From Prevotella sp. (GTDB lineage Bacteria > Bacteroidota > Bacteroidia > Bacteroidales > Dysgonomonadaceae), in assembly GCA_031285625.1 (NCBI GenBank), contig JAITVV010000056.1:139975-203974 (forward strand): a DNA stretch of 64,000 nt, in the 5' to 3' direction. Position 1 is the first letter of the stretch. The number at the start of each line of letters is the position of its first letter. Under the pieces are notes generated by a model. That model searched no databases, was not told the origin of the DNA, and saw only the letters and a list, made by a program, of their open reading frames with translations. This document shows, one piece after another, positions 1 through 13,412 of the stretch. The position numbers and the translations under genes are program-made.

Positions 1-119
1 CCTATTGCCGGTTCTCCCAAATCATCAATGACTACGCCTGTAATCTTTGTTGTTTGTGCCGTAATGTATCCCAGACTTAATAAAAAGAAGGATAGAACTA
101 ATAACAACCTTTTTTCCAT
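1..119 (-). CDS. 5' fragment of SusC/RagA-type TonB-dependent receptor (runs off window)
   Basis: Manual translation from ATG at 119 gives MEKRLLLVLSFFLLSLGYITAQTTKITGVVIDDLGEPAIG: signal peptide plus the typical SusC N-terminal 'ITGVVxD..GEP.IG' motif. A TATATTTG -7 box lies at 271-278 (minus). Confidence 0.75.
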   Translation of the reverse strand, partial: MEKRLLLVLSFFLLSLGYITAQTTKITGVVIDDLGEPAI

Positions 120-414
120 ACTAAACACACTCTTTTTTTAATTAATACATCTCGATTTTAAGATATATTAAATTATTTCAAATTGACAAAATAACAAGCA
201 TAATATACTCAATTTGATATAATACAACATTATAAATAATCTAATAGTTTTTAAAACCGACTAACAGCGGCAAATATATAATTAAATATTTTTATTTTAT
301 CATTTTTTAGATAAAAATATTCAATATTTAATAAATATGATACATAAAAAAGTAAATAAAATCAAAATGATAGTTTTTAACACCAAAATAACAGCAATAC
401 GCATTTAGAATGGT

Positions 415-456
415 AAAAAAAATGAGGGCGGAATGACATTACGTCATTCCGCCCTC
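415..456 (-). terminator. Intrinsic terminator of rpoBC
   Basis: Perfect 14-bp stem gagggcggaatgac/gtcattccgccctc (424-456) next to an A-run at 415-422 (U-tract on minus). Confidence 0.9.
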
Positions 457-479
457 TAACTATATAAAAGAATAATTAA

Positions 480-3400
480 TTATTCTACGGCATCAAAATC
501 TACGACAGTCTTTCTGGTAGCAGCAATTCTGTCAAAATCTTCTTTTGTACCTACAACAAGTTTTTCAAACTCACGCTGTCCTGTACCTGCCGGAAGCAAG
601 TGACCACAGATAACGTTTTCTTTCAGTCCTTCTAATCTGTCTACTTTTGCATTGATAGCAGCATCGTTCAGAACTTTTGTAGTCTCCTGGAACGAAGCAG
701 CAGACATAAAGCTTTGCGTTTGAAGAGCAGCACGTGTAATACCCTGAAGTATCTGATTGGCTGTAGCAGGAACCGCATCGCGTACAATAACCGGACGAAG
801 GTCTCTACGTTTAAGCATAGAGTTTTCATCTCTCAGTTTACGCGCGGTAACGATCTGCCCCGGTTCGAAAGTAGTGGAATCACCAGCTTCAAGAACAACT
901 TTCTTACCCCAGATTCTATCATTTTCTTCCATTACATCGTACTTGTCTATCACCTGTTGTTCAAGGAAACGTGTATCTCCCGGATCGATCACTTCTACCT
1001 TGCGCATCATCTGACGTACAATAACTTCGAAGTGTTTATCATTGATTTTCACACCTTGCAGACGATATACATCTTGTACTTCGTTTACAATATATTCCTG
1101 AACAGCTGTAGGCCCCATAATAGCCAGAATATCCGAAGGAGTTGTAGCTCCGTCCGATAAAGGCATACCAGCTCTTACAAAGTCATTTTCCTGAACAAGT
1201 ATCTGTTTTGACAGAGGTACAAGGTATTTCTTCACTTCACCTAATTTAGAAGTAACGATAACTTCCCTGTTACCACGTTTGATCTTACCAAACGAAACCT
1301 CACCATCAATTTCAGACACAACTGCCGGATTAGAAGGGTTACGAGCTTCAAACAGTTCGGTAACACGAGGAAGCCCCCCTGTGATATCCCCTGCTTTACC
1401 TACTGCACGTGGAATCTTAACAAGAACTTCTCCGGTCTTGATAACATCACTATCTTCTTTAACAATGTGTGCACCTAATGGTAAGCTGTACATCTTGATA
1501 ACCTTACCTTGTTCGTCCAAGATATGAGCTTCAGGAGCTTTAGTCTTGTCACGCGACTCAGTAATGATCTTTTCTTTCAAACCAGTCTGTTCGTCCGACT
1601 CTACTTTATATGTAACACCTTCTATTACATTCTCAAATTTGATACGACCGGTAGCTTCAGAAATGATAACCGCATTAAATGGATCCCATTCGCAGATCAG
1701 GTCATCTTTCTTTACTTTAGCCCCATCTTTGAAATAAAGCTTAGAACCATAAGGTATATTGTGAGTAAGAAGGACAATTTTAGTATTTGGGTCTACTAAA
1801 CGTAATTCAACCAAACGGCTAACAACAATCTGTACCTTCTTGCCTGTTTCATCAGCAGCATCTACAACACGCAGATCATCTATTTCCAATACTCCGTCAT
1901 ACTTAGCAACGATACTACTTTCGGTAGCAATATTGGAAGCGATACCCCCAACGTGGAATGTACGAAGTGTCAACTGTGTACCCGGCTCACCGATAGACTG
2001 TGCAGCAATAACACCAACAGCTTCACCACGTTGAACCATACGGCCCGAAGCAAGGTTACGTCCATAACACTTACCGCAAACACCTTTCTTAGATTCGCAA
2101 GTCAGTACCGAACGTATCTCAACACTTTCGATTGGCGAGTTTTGTATGATTGTAGCTGCATCTTCTGTAATTTCATCACCTGATTTCACGATAACCTCTC
2201 CAGTCATCGGATGTTGAATATCATGTACAGAAACACGGCCCAAGATACGTTCATATAATGAAGCAACAACTTCTTCGTTGTTTTTCAATTCTGTACAAAC
2301 AAGACCACGCAATGTACCACAGTCTTCTTCATTGATGATTACATCCTGAGATACGTCAACTAGACGACGAGTAAGGTAACCCGCATCGGCTGTTTTTAAC
2401 GCCGTATCGGCAAGACCTTTACGCGCACCGTGGGTAGAGATAAAGTACTCTAACACTGACAATCCTTCTTTAAAGTTAGACAAGATCGGATTCTCAATAA
2501 TCTGAGCTCCTTCTGCCCCACTCTTCTGAGGTTTCGCCATCAATCCACGCATACCTGACAACTGACGAATCTGTTCTTTAGAACCACGGGCTCCCGAATC
2601 CAACATCATATAAACGGCGTTGAATCCCTGATCATCTTCAGAAAGTTGTTTCATCAAGATATTTGACAATCTTGAGTTGATATGTGTCCATGTATCAATA
2701 ATCTGGTTATAACGTTCGTTGTATGTAATGAACCCCATGTTATAGTTATTCATTATCTGTTCAACTTCTTCATAACCTTGTTGTACCAATGTATCTTTTT
2801 CTTCCGGAATGATAACATCTTCAAGGTTGAATGACAGTCCTCCGCGGAATGCCATTGCGTAACCTAGGTCTTTAATATCATCAAGGAACTGAGCTGTTTT
2901 GGCAACACCAGCAAGCTTGATTACATTACCAATGATATCACGAAGTGATTTCTTGGAAAGAACCTCATTAACGAAACCTACTTCTACAGGAGTTTTCTCG
3001 TTTACAAGAACACGTCCTACAGTAGTTTCACGCATCATTCTGGCTACATTTCCATTCTCATCCAAGTCGTCTACATATACTTTGATAAGTGCATGTATAT
3101 CTACTTTACCTTCATTGTAAGCTATAACAGCCTCTTCTGGTCCGTAGAATGTAAGACCTTCGCCTTTTGCTCCTTTACGTATCTTAGTAATATAATACAG
3201 GCCTAACACCATGTCCTGAGAAGGTACTGTAATAGGAGCACCATTGGCAGGGTTAAGGATATTATGAGAACCAAGCATCAACATTTGTGCTTCAAGTATA
3301 GCCTCATTACCCAATGGTAAGTGAACAGCCATCTGGTCTCCGTCGAAGTCGGCATTGAAGGCCGTACAAGCAAGAGGATGTAACTGAATAGCTTTACCAC

Positions 3401-4763
3401 CGATCATTTTTGGCTGGAATGCCTGAATACCTAAACGGTGAAGTGTAGGAGCACGGTTAAGTAATACCGGGTGTCCTTTCATTACATGTTCAAGGATATC
3501 CCATACTACCGGTTCTTTACGGTCTACGATTTTCTTTGCAGATTTCACCGTTTTTACTATACCGCGTTCGATAAGCTTACGGATAATAAACGGTTTGTAT
3601 AATTCGGCTGCCATATCCTGAGGGATACCGCATTCATGCATTTTTAATTCAGGGCCAACAACAATAACCGAACGAGCTGAATAGTCAACACGTTTACCTA
3701 ACAGGTTTTGACGGAAACGACCTTGTTTACCTTTCAAACTGTCGGATAGTGATTTCAGCGGACGGTTAGCGTCAGTCTTAACTGCACTTGACTTACGTGA
3801 GTTATCAAACAATGAATCTACAGCTTCCTGAAGCATACGTTTTTCATTACGCAAGATTACTTCCGGAGCTTTGATATCGATAAGCCTTTTCAAACGATTG
3901 TTACGTATAATCACACGACGATACAAGTCATTCAGGTCAGATGTAGCAAAGCGACCTCCATCAAGAGGTACAAGAGGACGAAGTTCCGGTGGAATAACAG
4001 GAACGATCTTAACGATCATCCATTCAGGTTTATTCTTACCTTTCGATCCACGGAAAGCTTCTACAACCTGTAGTTGCTTCAATGCTTCATTTTTACGTTG
4101 TTGAGATGTATCTGTACTGGCTTTATGACGAAGCGTATTTGCCAACGAATCAAGATTGATACGTGACAATAGGTCATAGACAGCTTCTGCTCCCATTTTA
4201 GCAATAAACTTGTTAGGATCTGAATCATCTAACAGTTGATTTTCTTTTGGAAGCCTATCCAGTATGTTTAAGTATTCTTCTTCAGTCAGAAGATCTTTTT
4301 CTGCTACTCCTTCTTCTACAGCAATACCGGATTGAATAACTACATAACGTTCGTAGTAGATAATGGAATCCAGTTTCTTGGTAGGAATCCCAAGAAGGTA
4401 ACCCATCTTGTTAGGAAGAGAACGGAAATACCAGATATGAGCTACCGGAACCACAAGATGAATATGTCCTGTACGTTCGCGGCGAACTTTCTTTTCTGTA
4501 ACTTCAACCCCGCAACGATCACAGACAATACCTTTATAACGGATTCTCTTGTATTTACCACAATGACATTCGTAGTCCTTTACAGGTCCGAATATACGTT
4601 CGCAGAAAAGTCCGTCACGCTCAGGTTTGTAAGTACGGTAGTTGATTGTTTCAGGTTTCAAAACCTCCCCGCTTGATGCTTCGAGAATTTCTTCAGGAGA
4701 AGCAAGACTTACGGTTATTTTTGAAAAGCTACTCTTTACTTTATTTTCTTTTCTAAAAGCCAT
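480..4763 (-). CDS. rpoC: RNA polymerase beta' subunit
   Basis: [12 protein letters not shown] active-site motif, N-terminal Zn-finger, 1427 aa. Confidence 0.99.
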   Translation of the reverse strand: MAFRKENKVKSSFSKITVSLASPEEILEASSGEVLKPETINYRTYKPERDGLFCERIFGPVKDYECHCGKYKRIRYKGIVCDRCGVEVTEKKVRRERTGHIHLVVPVAHIWYFRSLPNKMGYLLGIPTKKLDSIIYYERYVVIQSGIAVEEGVAEKDLLTEEEYLNILDRLPKENQLLDDSDPNKFIAKMGAEAVYDLLSRINLDSLANTLRHKASTDTSQQRKNEALKQLQVVEAFRGSKGKNKPEWMIVKIVPVIPPELRPLVPLDGGRFATSDLNDLYRRVIIRNNRLKRLIDIKAPEVILRNEKRMLQEAVDSLFDNSRKSSAVKTDANRPLKSLSDSLKGKQGRFRQNLLGKRVDYSARSVIVVGPELKMHECGIPQDMAAELYKPFIIRKLIERGIVKTVKSAKKIVDRKEPVVWDILEHVMKGHPVLLNRAPTLHRLGIQAFQPKMIGGKAIQLHPLACTAFNADFDGDQMAVHLPLGNEAILEAQMLMLGSHNILNPANGAPITVPSQDMVLGLYYITKIRKGAKGEGLTFYGPEEAVIAYNEGKVDIHALIKVYVDDLDENGNVARMMRETTVGRVLVNEKTPVEVGFVNEVLSKKSLRDIIGNVIKLAGVAKTAQFLDDIKDLGYAMAFRGGLSFNLEDVIIPEEKDTLVQQGYEEVEQIMNNYNMGFITYNERYNQIIDTWTHINSRLSNILMKQLSEDDQGFNAVYMMLDSGARGSKEQIRQLSGMRGLMAKPQKSGAEGAQIIENPILSNFKEGLSVLEYFISTHGARKGLADTALKTADAGYLTRRLVDVSQDVIINEEDCGTLRGLVCTELKNNEEVVASLYERILGRVSVHDIQHPMTGEVIVKSGDEITEDAATIIQNSPIESVEIRSVLTCESKKGVCGKCYGRNLASGRMVQRGEAVGVIAAQSIGEPGTQLTLRTFHVGGIASNIATESSIVAKYDGVLEIDDLRVVDAADETGKKVQIVVSRLVELRLVDPNTKIVLLTHNIPYGSKLYFKDGAKVKKDDLICEWDPFNAVIISEATGRIKFENVIEGVTYKVESDEQTGLKEKIITESRDKTKAPEAHILDEQGKVIKMYSLPLGAHIVKEDSDVIKTGEVLVKIPRAVGKAGDITGGLPRVTELFEARNPSNPAVVSEIDGEVSFGKIKRGNREVIVTSKLGEVKKYLVPLSKQILVQENDFVRAGMPLSDGATTPSDILAIMGPTAVQEYIVNEVQDVYRLQGVKINDKHFEVIVRQMMRKVEVIDPGDTRFLEQQVIDKYDVMEENDRIWGKKVVLEAGDSTTFEPGQIVTARKLRDENSMLKRRDLRPVIVRDAVPATANQILQGITRAALQTQSFMSAASFQETTKVLNDAAINAKVDRLEGLKENVICGHLLPAGTGQREFEKLVVGTKEDFDRIAATRKTVVDFDAVE

Positions 4764-4836
4764 ATACTTATAATGTGTATAAAGAGTTATTTTTTATTTG
4801 TAATGCCTCAGGTAAAACCCTTAGCTTATATATCAT

Positions 4837-4865
4837 GGTATTAGCTGGTAAAACCAGCTAATACC
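4837..4865. other. rpoB-rpoC intergenic hairpin
   Basis: 12-bp stem ggtattagctgg/ccagctaatacc with no U-tract on the minus strand. Confidence 0.6.
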
Positions 4866-4874
4866 CTTCTATTT

Positions 4875-7800
4875 TTAATCAAGAGAGACACTCAAGCCCA
4901 AACCACGCATTTCATGAAGGAGTACGTTCAATGATTCAGGAATACCAGGTTGTGGCATTGGCTCCCCTTTCACTATCGCTTCGTAGGCTTTAGAACGCCC
5001 TACAACATCATCGGATTTGATCGTCAAGATTTCTCTAAGGATATATGCTGCACCAAATGCCTCTAGTGCCCAAACCTCCATTTCTCCGAAACGTTGTCCC
5101 CCAAATTGTGCTTTACCACCAAGAGGCTGTTGCGTAATAAGCGAGTAAGGACCAATAGAACGTGCATGCATCTTGTCTTCAACCATGTGACCAAGCTTAA
5201 GCATGTAGATAATACCTACAGTTGCATGCTGATCAAACTGATCTCCTGTTCCTCCATCAAACAAACGAACTTTACCATAACGAGGAACTCCGGCTTTATC
5301 TGTCCATGAGTTCAAATCATCAAGGCTTGCGCCGTCGAAAATTGGAGTTGCAAATTTCACACCCAGTTCTTTTCCTGCCCAACCCAATACTGTTTCGAAT
5401 ATCTGACCAAGGTTCATACGGGAAGGTACACCTAGCGGATTAAGAACGATGTCTACCGGAGTACCATCTGGCAAGAACGGCATATCTTCCTGACGAACAA
5501 TACGCGATACAATACCTTTGTTACCGTGGCGACCTGCCATCTTATCCCCTACTTGTACTTTACGTTTCTTAGCCACATAAACTTTTGCGATCTGTACGAT
5601 ACCGGAAGGAAGTTCATCCCCAATAGTAAGGTCGAAACGTTTACGTTTCAGTTCAGCATCCAGTTCTTTGTATTTACGCAGATAGTTTACAACCACATCT
5701 CTGATCAAATCATTCTTGTGAGCATCTGTAGTCCAGTTACTAACCTGAATTGATTCATAATCAATATTTTCTAAAGCACCTTTTGTAAATTTAGAGCCTT
5801 TACCTATAATGTCAACATTAAGATAATCTTTAACACCCTGTGATGTCTTGCCTTCAGTTAATACCAATAGTTTATCTACCAATACACCTTTAAGCTTAGC
5901 CATCTTTTCTTCATACTCTTCATCTAATTTAGGTAACAAAGCTTTGCTTGAAAGCTTAGTCTTGCCTTTCTTAGCTGCTTTAGAGAATAGGTTAGTTGCA
6001 ACAACAACACCCTTCAATGATGGAGAAGCTTTCAATGAAGCATCTTTTACATCACCTGCTTTATCTCCAAATATAGCACGAAGTAGTTTTTCTTCAGGAG
6101 AAGGATCTGACTCTCCTTTCGGAGTAATCTTACCAATAAGAATATCACCCGGATTTACACGAGCACCGATACGGATAATTCCTCTTTCGTCCAGATCTTT
6201 TGTTGCATCTTCACTTACATTCGGAATATCCGAAGTTAGTTCTTCAACACCACGTTTTGTATCACGAACTTCGAGAGCAAACTCTTCTACGTGAACTGAA
6301 GTAAATATATCTTCGCGAACGATGCGTTCGTTCAATACAATAGCATCCTCGAAGTTATATCCCTTCCATGGCATGAAAGCTACTTTCAGATTCTTACCGA
6401 TAGCCAATTCTCCTTGTTCTGTAGAATATCCTTCTGTCAATATCTGATTCAACTCAACCCTGTCTCCTTTTCTACAAGTAGGACGGAGGTCGATAGTTGT
6501 ATTCTGATTTGTTTTTCTAAACTTAGGTATATAATACGTCTTAATTGCATTATCAAAGTTCACAAACTCCTCATCAGAAGTACGGTCATATTTTATCTTG
6601 ATAGTATCAGCATCTACGTAAACAACTTCTCCGGCACCTTCCGCCACAATCTGTGTACGGGAGTCACGAATCAATTGTCCTTCAATACCTGTACCTACGA
6701 TAGGAGCTTCGGTACGCATCAATGGCACTGCCTGACGCATCATATTGGATCCCATCAATGCACGGTTAGCATCATCATGTTCAAGGAACGGAATCAACGA
6801 AGCTGCAATAGATGCAATCTGTGTTGGAGATACATCCATTAATTCGATCTCTTCCGGACCTACTACCGGATAATCAGCATCCTGACGAGCTTTAACACGT
6901 GTATTAACAAATCCGCCATCATCATTCAACGGGGCATTTCCCTGAGCAATGATTTTGTCTTCTTCTTCTTCGGCAGCAAGATATACAATACCGTTTTCAG
7001 AAAGGTCTACCTTTTTGTCTGCTACTTTACGATATGGAGTTTCGATAAATCCAAGATCATTTATTTTAGCATAAACACAAAGTGACGAAATCAGACCGAT
7101 ATTGGGACCTTCCGGTGTCTCGATAGGACAAAGACGTCCATAGTGAGTATAGTGAACGTCACGCACTTCAAATCCGGCTCTTTCACGAGAAAGACCACCC
7201 GGTCCCAGTGCAGACATACGACGCTTGTGAGTAATCTCAGCCAGAGGATTGGTTTGATCCATAAACTGAGACAATGCGTTCGTTCCAAAGAATGTATTTA
7301 CTACAGATGAGATTGTTTTTGCATTAATCAAATCGATCGGTGTAAATACTTCATTATCGCGAACGTTCATTCTTTCACGGATAATACGGGCCATACGGTT
7401 AAGACCAACTCCAAACTGATTGAAAAGTTGCTCCCCAACTGTACGTACACGACGGTTACTTAAGTGGTCAATATCATCAACTATTGCTTTTGAGTTAATC
7501 AACTCAATCAGATATTTGATGATCTCAATGATATCCTCCTTTGTTAGTACACGGATATCAGTATCAGTTGAAAGTCCTAATTTTTTATTTAGTCTGTAAC
7601 GGCCAACTTCACCTAAGTCGTAACGTTTCTCCGAGAAGAACAGGTTATTAATTACTTCGCGAGCACTGGTATCATCAGCAGGCTCTGCACTACGAAGTTG
7701 TCTGTAGATATGACGGACAGCATCTATTTCCGAGTTACTAGGGTCTTTCTGTAATGTATTATAGATAATAGCAAAATCAGAAATATTTTGTGACTCCTTA

Positions 7801-8687
7801 TGTAACAAAATAGAAGATACATTTGAATCCAAAATCAGATCCACATGATCTTTGTCCAGAATGGTTTCACGTTCAAGAATAACTTCGTTACGCTCGATAG
7901 AAGTAACCTCACCGGTATCTTCATCCACGAAATCTTCCATCCATGACCTCAATATTCTGGCAGCAAGCTTACGCCCTACTACTTTCTTAATATTTTGTTT
8001 GTTAACTTTTATTTCTTCTGCCAAATCGAATATTTCAAGGATATCTCTATCACTCTCAAATCCAATCGCACGAAGCAATGTAGTTACAGGTAATTTCTTT
8101 TTACGGTCAATGTATGCATACATGACATTATTGATGTCTGTAGCAAATTCAATCCATGATCCCTTGAATGGTATAATACGTGCCGAATACAACTTTGTAC
8201 CATTGGCATGCATCGTTTGACCAAAGAATACACCCGGTGAACGGTGCAGCTGTGATACAACGACACGCTCAGCACCATTGATAACAAAGGTACCTTTTTC
8301 GGTCATGTATGGGATCAGCCCCAAATAAACATCCTGAATAACTGTATCAAAGTCTTCATGGTCGGGGTCTGTACAATAAAGCTTAAGTTTTGCTTTTAGA
8401 GGAACACTATAGGTCAAACCTCTCTCTATACACTCTTCGATAGTATAGCGTGGAGGATCGATAAAGTAGTCCAAAAATTCTAATACAAAATTGTTTCGTG
8501 TATCAGCTATAGGAAAGTTTTCTGCAAAAACTTTGTATAAGCCTTCGTTCTTCCTCTTTTCGGGAGGAGTATCAAGTTGTAGAAAGTCGCGGAATGACTT
8601 TAGCTGTACTTCAAGAAAATCCGGGTAAGGAAGTGGATTCTTAATTGAAGCGAAATTGACTCTTTGATTTGTATTTGTTGAAGACAT
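4875..8687 (-). CDS. rpoB: RNA polymerase beta subunit
   Basis: [12 protein letters not shown] and [14 protein letters not shown] motifs. Confidence 0.99.
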   Translation of the reverse strand: MSSTNTNQRVNFASIKNPLPYPDFLEVQLKSFRDFLQLDTPPEKRKNEGLYKVFAENFPIADTRNNFVLEFLDYFIDPPRYTIEECIERGLTYSVPLKAKLKLYCTDPDHEDFDTVIQDVYLGLIPYMTEKGTFVINGAERVVVSQLHRSPGVFFGQTMHANGTKLYSARIIPFKGSWIEFATDINNVMYAYIDRKKKLPVTTLLRAIGFESDRDILEIFDLAEEIKVNKQNIKKVVGRKLAARILRSWMEDFVDEDTGEVTSIERNEVILERETILDKDHVDLILDSNVSSILLHKESQNISDFAIIYNTLQKDPSNSEIDAVRHIYRQLRSAEPADDTSAREVINNLFFSEKRYDLGEVGRYRLNKKLGLSTDTDIRVLTKEDIIEIIKYLIELINSKAIVDDIDHLSNRRVRTVGEQLFNQFGVGLNRMARIIRERMNVRDNEVFTPIDLINAKTISSVVNTFFGTNALSQFMDQTNPLAEITHKRRMSALGPGGLSRERAGFEVRDVHYTHYGRLCPIETPEGPNIGLISSLCVYAKINDLGFIETPYRKVADKKVDLSENGIVYLAAEEEEDKIIAQGNAPLNDDGGFVNTRVKARQDADYPVVGPEEIELMDVSPTQIASIAASLIPFLEHDDANRALMGSNMMRQAVPLMRTEAPIVGTGIEGQLIRDSRTQIVAEGAGEVVYVDADTIKIKYDRTSDEEFVNFDNAIKTYYIPKFRKTNQNTTIDLRPTCRKGDRVELNQILTEGYSTEQGELAIGKNLKVAFMPWKGYNFEDAIVLNERIVREDIFTSVHVEEFALEVRDTKRGVEELTSDIPNVSEDATKDLDERGIIRIGARVNPGDILIGKITPKGESDPSPEEKLLRAIFGDKAGDVKDASLKASPSLKGVVVATNLFSKAAKKGKTKLSSKALLPKLDEEYEEKMAKLKGVLVDKLLVLTEGKTSQGVKDYLNVDIIGKGSKFTKGALENIDYESIQVSNWTTDAHKNDLIRDVVVNYLRKYKELDAELKRKRFDLTIGDELPSGIVQIAKVYVAKKRKVQVGDKMAGRHGNKGIVSRIVRQEDMPFLPDGTPVDIVLNPLGVPSRMNLGQIFETVLGWAGKELGVKFATPIFDGASLDDLNSWTDKAGVPRYGKVRLFDGGTGDQFDQHATVGIIYMLKLGHMVEDKMHARSIGPYSLITQQPLGGKAQFGGQRFGEMEVWALEAFGAAYILREILTIKSDDVVGRSKAYEAIVKGEPMPQPGIPESLNVLLHEMRGLGLSVSLD

Positions 8688-8724
8688 GGAATATCCAGTT
8701 TTATTGAACTTATTATTTTTGACG

Positions 8725-8763
8725 CAAAAAGGTTAAGAACCTTCTCGGCGAAGGTTCCTAACC
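8725..8763 (-). terminator. Terminator/attenuator between rplL and rpoB
   Basis: Stem ggttaagaaccttc/gaaggttcctaacc with an adjacent A-run (U-tract on minus). Confidence 0.75.
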
Positions 8764-8788
8764 AAAATATCCTTATCCAGGACTATTT

Positions 8789-9163
8789 TTACTTAAGTTC
8801 AATTTCGGCTCCAGCTTCTTCTAGTTGTTTTTTCAATGCTTCTGCTTCATCTTTAGTTACTCCTTTTTTCAATTCGCTAGGAGCAGCATCAACTAGGTCT
8901 TTAGCTTCTTTCAAACCAAGTCCTGTTAGTTCTTTCACAGCTTTAACAACTGCTAATTTGTTAGCACCTGCTGCTTTGAAGATTACATCAAAAGATGTTT
9001 TTTCTTCTACTGCTTCTGCAGCAGCAGCTGGTCCTGCAGCAACTGCAACAGCAGCAGCGGCTGGTTCAATACCATATTCAGTTTTCAGAATTTCAGCTAA
9101 TTCGCTTACTTCTTTTACTGTCAAATTTACTAGTTGTTCTGCAATAGCTTTGATATCTGCCAT
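8789..9163 (-). CDS. rplL: 50S ribosomal protein L7/L12
   Basis: Ala-rich hinge, [11 protein letters not shown] motif, operon position. Confidence 0.99.
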   Translation of the reverse strand: MADIKAIAEQLVNLTVKEVSELAEILKTEYGIEPAAAAVAVAAGPAAAAEAVEEKTSFDVIFKAAGANKLAVVKAVKELTGLGLKEAKDLVDAAPSELKKGVTKDEAEALKKQLEEAGAEIELK

Positions 9164-9208
9164 TTTTGTATAAATTAAAATTGTTATTATTCTTTATGTT
9201 TTACGAAA

Positions 9209-9721
9209 TTATCTTTTCGATAATGTTTCTAATACGCCATGAATGGTATTACCTCCCGATTGAAGGGCAGAGATAACATTCTTAGCCGGAGATTGAAGTA
9301 ATCCGATAACGTCACCGATAAGTTCATTTTTGCTCTTGATATTTTCTAATGCACTTAGGTTTTCTTTACCTATATAGAAACTTTCTTGAACATATGCTGC
9401 CTTAAGTGAAGGGATACCTTCTTTTTTGTACTTTGCAATCAATTTAGCGGGTGCATTTGCCGAATTAGAGAACATGATAGCGGTATTACCTTTCAGAACC
9501 TCACTCAGTTCAGAATAGTCTCCCTCTAATGTATCTAATGCTTTTTGCAACAGTGTATTCTTTACAACCATCAATTTGATTTCTTGCTTAGCACACTCTC
9601 TTCTCAATTCGCTTGTTTTAGCTGAATTAAGAGTAGCAATGTCAGTAAGATAGAAATGGTCGTAACCTTTAATTGTAGCCGCTATAGAATTAATGATTGT
9701 GCTTTTATCTTCCTTTCTCAT
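9209..9721 (-). CDS. rplJ: 50S ribosomal protein L10
   Basis: VVKNTL motif, position between rplA and rplL. Confidence 0.98.
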   Translation of the reverse strand: MRKEDKSTIINSIAATIKGYDHFYLTDIATLNSAKTSELRRECAKQEIKLMVVKNTLLQKALDTLEGDYSELSEVLKGNTAIMFSNSANAPAKLIAKYKKEGIPSLKAAYVQESFYIGKENLSALENIKSKNELIGDVIGLLQSPAKNVISALQSGGNTIHGVLETLSKR

Positions 9722-9741
9722 AATGTTTCAGTCAATTTTTA

Positions 9742-10437
9742 TTAATTTTCTACTGATTTAGGGTCTATTTTAACACCCGGACTCATAGTACTTGAAAGAC
9801 AAACACTTTTCACATAAGTTCCTTTAGCTGCTGTTGGTTTCAATTTGATAAGCGTAGCAATAAATTCCTTCGCGTTATCTTTGATCTGTTCAGGAGTAAA
9901 AGATACTTTACCTATAGAAGCATGAATGATACCAGCCTTGTCTACTTTAAAGTCAATCTTACCAGATTTAACTTCCTGTACAGCCTTAGCAACATCCACT
10001 GTCACTGTACCGCTCTTAGGGTTAGGCATAAGACCACGAGGTCCTAAAACACGTCCCAGAGCACCAACTTTACCCATAATAGCAGGCTGAGTGATGATAA
10101 CATCAATATCAGTCCAGCCACCTTTTATTTTCTCGATATATTCATCCAGACCTACATAGTCAGCTCCTGCTTCTTTAGCCGCTGCTTCTGCATCTGGAGA
10201 ACATAATACCAAAACTCTAACTTGTTTTCCTGTTCCATGAGGAAGAGATACTACACCTCTTACCATCTGGTTAGCTTTACGTGGGTCTACACCAAGACGC
10301 ACATCCAAATCAACAGAAGCGTCAAACTTCGTCGTTGTTACCTCTTTTACAAGAGAAGATGCTTCAGTAAGTGTATATAATTTCCCTGCTTCAATCTTGC
10401 TGAAAGCTAACTTTTGATTTTTTGTAAGTTTACCCAT
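9742..10437 (-). CDS. rplA: 50S ribosomal protein L1
   Basis: [15 protein letters not shown] motif. Start placed at ATG 10437 (MGKLTK). Confidence 0.99.
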   Translation of the reverse strand: MGKLTKNQKLAFSKIEAGKLYTLTEASSLVKEVTTTKFDASVDLDVRLGVDPRKANQMVRGVVSLPHGTGKQVRVLVLCSPDAEAAAKEAGADYVGLDEYIEKIKGGWTDIDVIITQPAIMGKVGALGRVLGPRGLMPNPKSGTVTVDVAKAVQEVKSGKIDFKVDKAGIIHASIGKVSFTPEQIKDNAKEFIATLIKLKPTAAKGTYVKSVCLSSTMSPGVKIDPKSVEN

Positions 10438-10455
10438 TCTCAATTGAAGTTTTAA

Positions 10456-10899
10456 TTAATTATTCTCAGGGAAAGCCCCTTTAACAGTAATACCCATACT
10501 TCTTGCTGTACCAGCAACCATTCTCATGGCAGATTCTACAGTAAAGCAGTTTAAGTCAACCATCTTATCTTCAGCAATAGCTTTTACTTGATCCCAAGTT
10601 ATTTCGGCTACTTTCTTACGATTAGGTTCGGCTGATCCACTTTTTATTTTAGCAGCTTCAAGTAATTGAATTGCTACTGGTGGCTGTTTTACAATAAAAT
10701 CAAAAGACTTATCAGCATAGTAAGTAATTACCACTGGCAATATTTTACCTGCTTTGTCTTGAGTTCTGGCATTAAATTGCTTACAGAAATCCATAATATT
10801 GATACCTTTAGAACCTAAAGCAGGCCCTACCGGAGGAGATGGATTTGCTGCACCGCCTTTAATCTGTAATTTTAATTGTCCAGCAATTTCTTTAGCCAT
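10456..10899 (-). CDS. rplK: 50S ribosomal protein L11
   Basis: [12 protein letters not shown] and GTARSMG motifs. Confidence 0.99.
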   Translation of the reverse strand: MAKEIAGQLKLQIKGGAANPSPPVGPALGSKGINIMDFCKQFNARTQDKAGKILPVVITYYADKSFDFIVKQPPVAIQLLEAAKIKSGSAEPNRKKVAEITWDQVKAIAEDKMVDLNCFTVESAMRMVAGTARSMGITVKGAFPENN

Positions 10900-10962
10900 T
10901 TTCGTTTTTAATTTTTAGTTTTGTTAAAACTTAAATAGAACTTTCAGAGTGCGTAACCAATC

Positions 10963-11508
10963 TTACTGTTCTTTTTCGACTTGCATGTAATTCAATTCTA
11001 ACGGAGTTTTCCGTCCGAATATCTTTACCATCACTTTTAGTTTCTTCTTCTCTGCGTTCACTTCTTCAATAATTCCTGAAAATCCTGAGAAAGGGCCATT
11101 TGTCACCTTCACATTTTCTCCAACAAAATATTGAATATCCAGACCTACTTCCTGCTCATCCAACTCATCCATTGTGCCAAGTATCCTGTTTACTTCAGAT
11201 TGGCTTAACGGTTGAGGATTTGTAGTATTAGGCAAAAATCCTGCAACAAAATTAATGTTGCGCAATTCATGGATTACTTCTCCCACCAAAGCTGCCTCAA
11301 TTAAAATATAACCGGGAAGATAAGCTCTTTCTTTAAGAACTTTCTTTCCGTTACGCATAATGTAGGTTTTCTCTGTGGGGATAAGAACTTGAGAGATGTA
11401 TTTACCTAAGTCAGTTTTCTTTATCTCAGACTCAAGATACTCTTTGACTTTATTTTCTTTTCCACTAACGGCACGTAAAACATACCATTTCTTTTCGATT
11501 TCAGTCAT
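10963..11508 (-). CDS. nusG: Transcription termination/antitermination factor NusG
   Basis: WYVL..SGKE, PGYILIE and KOW (GPFSGF, IFGRKTP) motifs. Confidence 0.98.
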   Translation of the reverse strand: MTEIEKKWYVLRAVSGKENKVKEYLESEIKKTDLGKYISQVLIPTEKTYIMRNGKKVLKERAYLPGYILIEAALVGEVIHELRNINFVAGFLPNTTNPQPLSQSEVNRILGTMDELDEQEVGLDIQYFVGENVKVTNGPFSGFSGIIEEVNAEKKKLKVMVKIFGRKTPLELNYMQVEKEQ

Positions 11509-11525
11509 AGTTTTTGATAAGAGAT

Positions 11526-11717
11526 TTACAACAGACCATAGAATAATTTAACCACCCTGTCAAATACAGAATCAACACCCCATACAACCAATGCCATCAT
11601 AATGGAAGCTATCATGACGATGACTGCACTACTTGTCAATTCTGTGCGAGATGGCCAAGAAACCTTGAATACAAGCTCGTTATAAGAATCCTTAATATAG
11701 TTAATTATCTTTTTCAT
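11526..11717 (-). CDS. secE: Preprotein translocase SecE
   Basis: ELVFKVSWP motif plus one TM helix. True start is ATG 11717; the ORF-track extension overlaps tRNA-Trp. Confidence 0.96.
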   Translation of the reverse strand: MKKIINYIKDSYNELVFKVSWPSRTELTSSAVIVMIASIMMALVVWGVDSVFDRVVKLFYGLL

Positions 11718-11735
11718 CACTCCTGTTTGAGTTAG

Positions 11736-11807
11736 CACGGGCGGAGAGATTCGAACTCCCGACATTTGGTTTTGGAGACCAACGCTCTACCACTGAACTA
11801 CGCCCGT
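11736..11807 (-). tRNA. tRNA-Trp(CCA)
   Basis: Cloverleaf with anticodon arm TTGGT-CTCCAAA-ACCAA and T-loop GTTCGAATC. Confidence 0.97.
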
Positions 11808-11855
11808 AAATTAAAGCCGATTATATTCCAAACCGGCTTTATAATATAGTAGAAA

Positions 11856-13043
11856 TTATTTATCAATTTCTGTAATCTGACCAGCACCTACTGTACGTCC
11901 ACCTTCACGGATAGCAAAACGAAGACCTACGTTACAAGCAACTGGATAGATAAGCTCAACGTTGATTGTCAAGTTATCACCTGGCATAACCATATCTGTT
12001 CCTTCAGGAAGAGTAATCTCACCTGTTACGTCCAATGTACGGATATAGAACTGAGGACGGTATTTGTTATGGAATGGAGTATGACGTCCACCTTCTTCTT
12101 TCTTAAGGATATAAACCTCAGCTTTGAAGTTAGTGTGAGGAGTAATCTTACCTGGATGGCAAATCACCATACCACGTTTGATTTCATCTTTATCAATACC
12201 ACGAAGCAATAGACCTACGTTGTCACCAGCTTGTCCGTCGTCAAGAATCTTACGGAACATTTCAACTCCAGTTACAACTGATTTTTTGTTTTCAGCTCCA
12301 AGTCCGATAATCTGAACTTCTTCACCTGTTTTGATTTTACCAGTTTCGATACGACCTGTTGCTACAGTACCACGACCTGTGATAGAGAACACATCTTCTA
12401 CTGGCATAAGGAATGGTTTATCAACATCACGTGGAGGAAGTGGAATCCAAGTATCCACAGCGTTCATAAGTTCCATTACTTGGCTAACCCAAGGTTCAAC
12501 ACCGTTCAATGCACCTAGTGCAGATCCACGGATAACCGGAGTATTATCACCATCGAACTCATAGAATGAAAGAAGTTCTCTCATTTCAAGTTCAACAAGT
12601 TCCAACATTTCTTCGTCTTCAACGATATCGCATTTGTTCATGAAAACAACCAATTTAGGTACGTTTACCTGACGTGCCAAAAGGATGTGTTCACGAGTTT
12701 GAGGCATCGGACCATCAGTAGCAGCTACCACAATGATAGCACCATCCATCTGAGCAGCACCAGTAACCATGTTTTTCACGTAGTCCGCGTGACCTGGACA
12801 GTCAACGTGAGCATAGTGACGGTTAGCTGTTTCATATTCAACATGAGATGTATTGATTGTAATACCACGTTCTTTTTCTTCAGGAGCGTTATCGATTGAG
12901 TCGAATGAACGAGCTTGAGAAAGGCCTGCGTCAGCCAACACTTTAGTGATAGCAGCAGTCAAAGTAGTTTTACCATGGTCAACGTGACCGATTGTACCGA
13001 TGTTCACGTGCGGTTTCGCCCGGTTAAAATGTTCTTTTGCCAT
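11856..13043 (-). CDS. tuf: Elongation factor Tu
   Basis: [14 protein letters not shown] and NKCD GTPase motifs. Confidence 0.99.
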   Translation of the reverse strand: MAKEHFNRAKPHVNIGTIGHVDHGKTTLTAAITKVLADAGLSQARSFDSIDNAPEEKERGITINTSHVEYETANRHYAHVDCPGHADYVKNMVTGAAQMDGAIIVVAATDGPMPQTREHILLARQVNVPKLVVFMNKCDIVEDEEMLELVELEMRELLSFYEFDGDNTPVIRGSALGALNGVEPWVSQVMELMNAVDTWIPLPPRDVDKPFLMPVEDVFSITGRGTVATGRIETGKIKTGEEVQIIGLGAENKKSVVTGVEMFRKILDDGQAGDNVGLLLRGIDKDEIKRGMVICHPGKITPHTNFKAEVYILKKEEGGRHTPFHNKYRPQFYIRTLDVTGEITLPEGTDMVMPGDNLTINVELIYPVACNVGLRFAIREGGRTVGAGQITEIDK

Positions 13044-13113
13044 AATTAATCTTCTATTATTTAGTTAATGTATATATTTAATTCAATCTGAATCAACTAT
13101 CTGTTATTAAAAG

Positions 13114-13185
<72 letters not shown>

Positions 13186-13338
13186 TTAAATTTCAAAAAT
13201 TTCACCTCAACAAAATCCTTACCCCTTTACAAAACAGGAGCTTTTATTATTGAAGCGAAAAAGATGGAAATTAAAGTGAAGAAATATGTAAATCTACTGA
13301 TTCATAGGTTTTCAAAACTTCTCTTTCCTTATAGCTTG

Positions 13339-13412
13339 AGCCTCTTGTCGGATTCGAACCAACGACCCCGAGATTACAAATCACGTGCTCTGGCCAACTG
13401 AGCTAAAGAGGC
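13339..13412 (-). tRNA. tRNA-Thr(TGT)
   Basis: Anticodon loop TTTGTAA, acceptor stem GCCTCTT/AAGAGGC. Confidence 0.96.

Noticed and set aside
245-395. Imperfect direct repeat atagtttttaa...taacagc upstream of the SusC fragment
   Set aside because: Short, AT-rich and only two copies. Chance cannot be excluded.
11718-11765. N-terminal extension of the secE ORF
   Set aside because: It overlaps tRNA-Trp. The true start is 11717.
714-12899. Many short ORFs antisense or alternate-frame to rpoBC, rplL and tuf
   Set aside because: Shadow ORFs of highly conserved genes with no motifs. The same applies to antisense ORFs inside the PUL genes.
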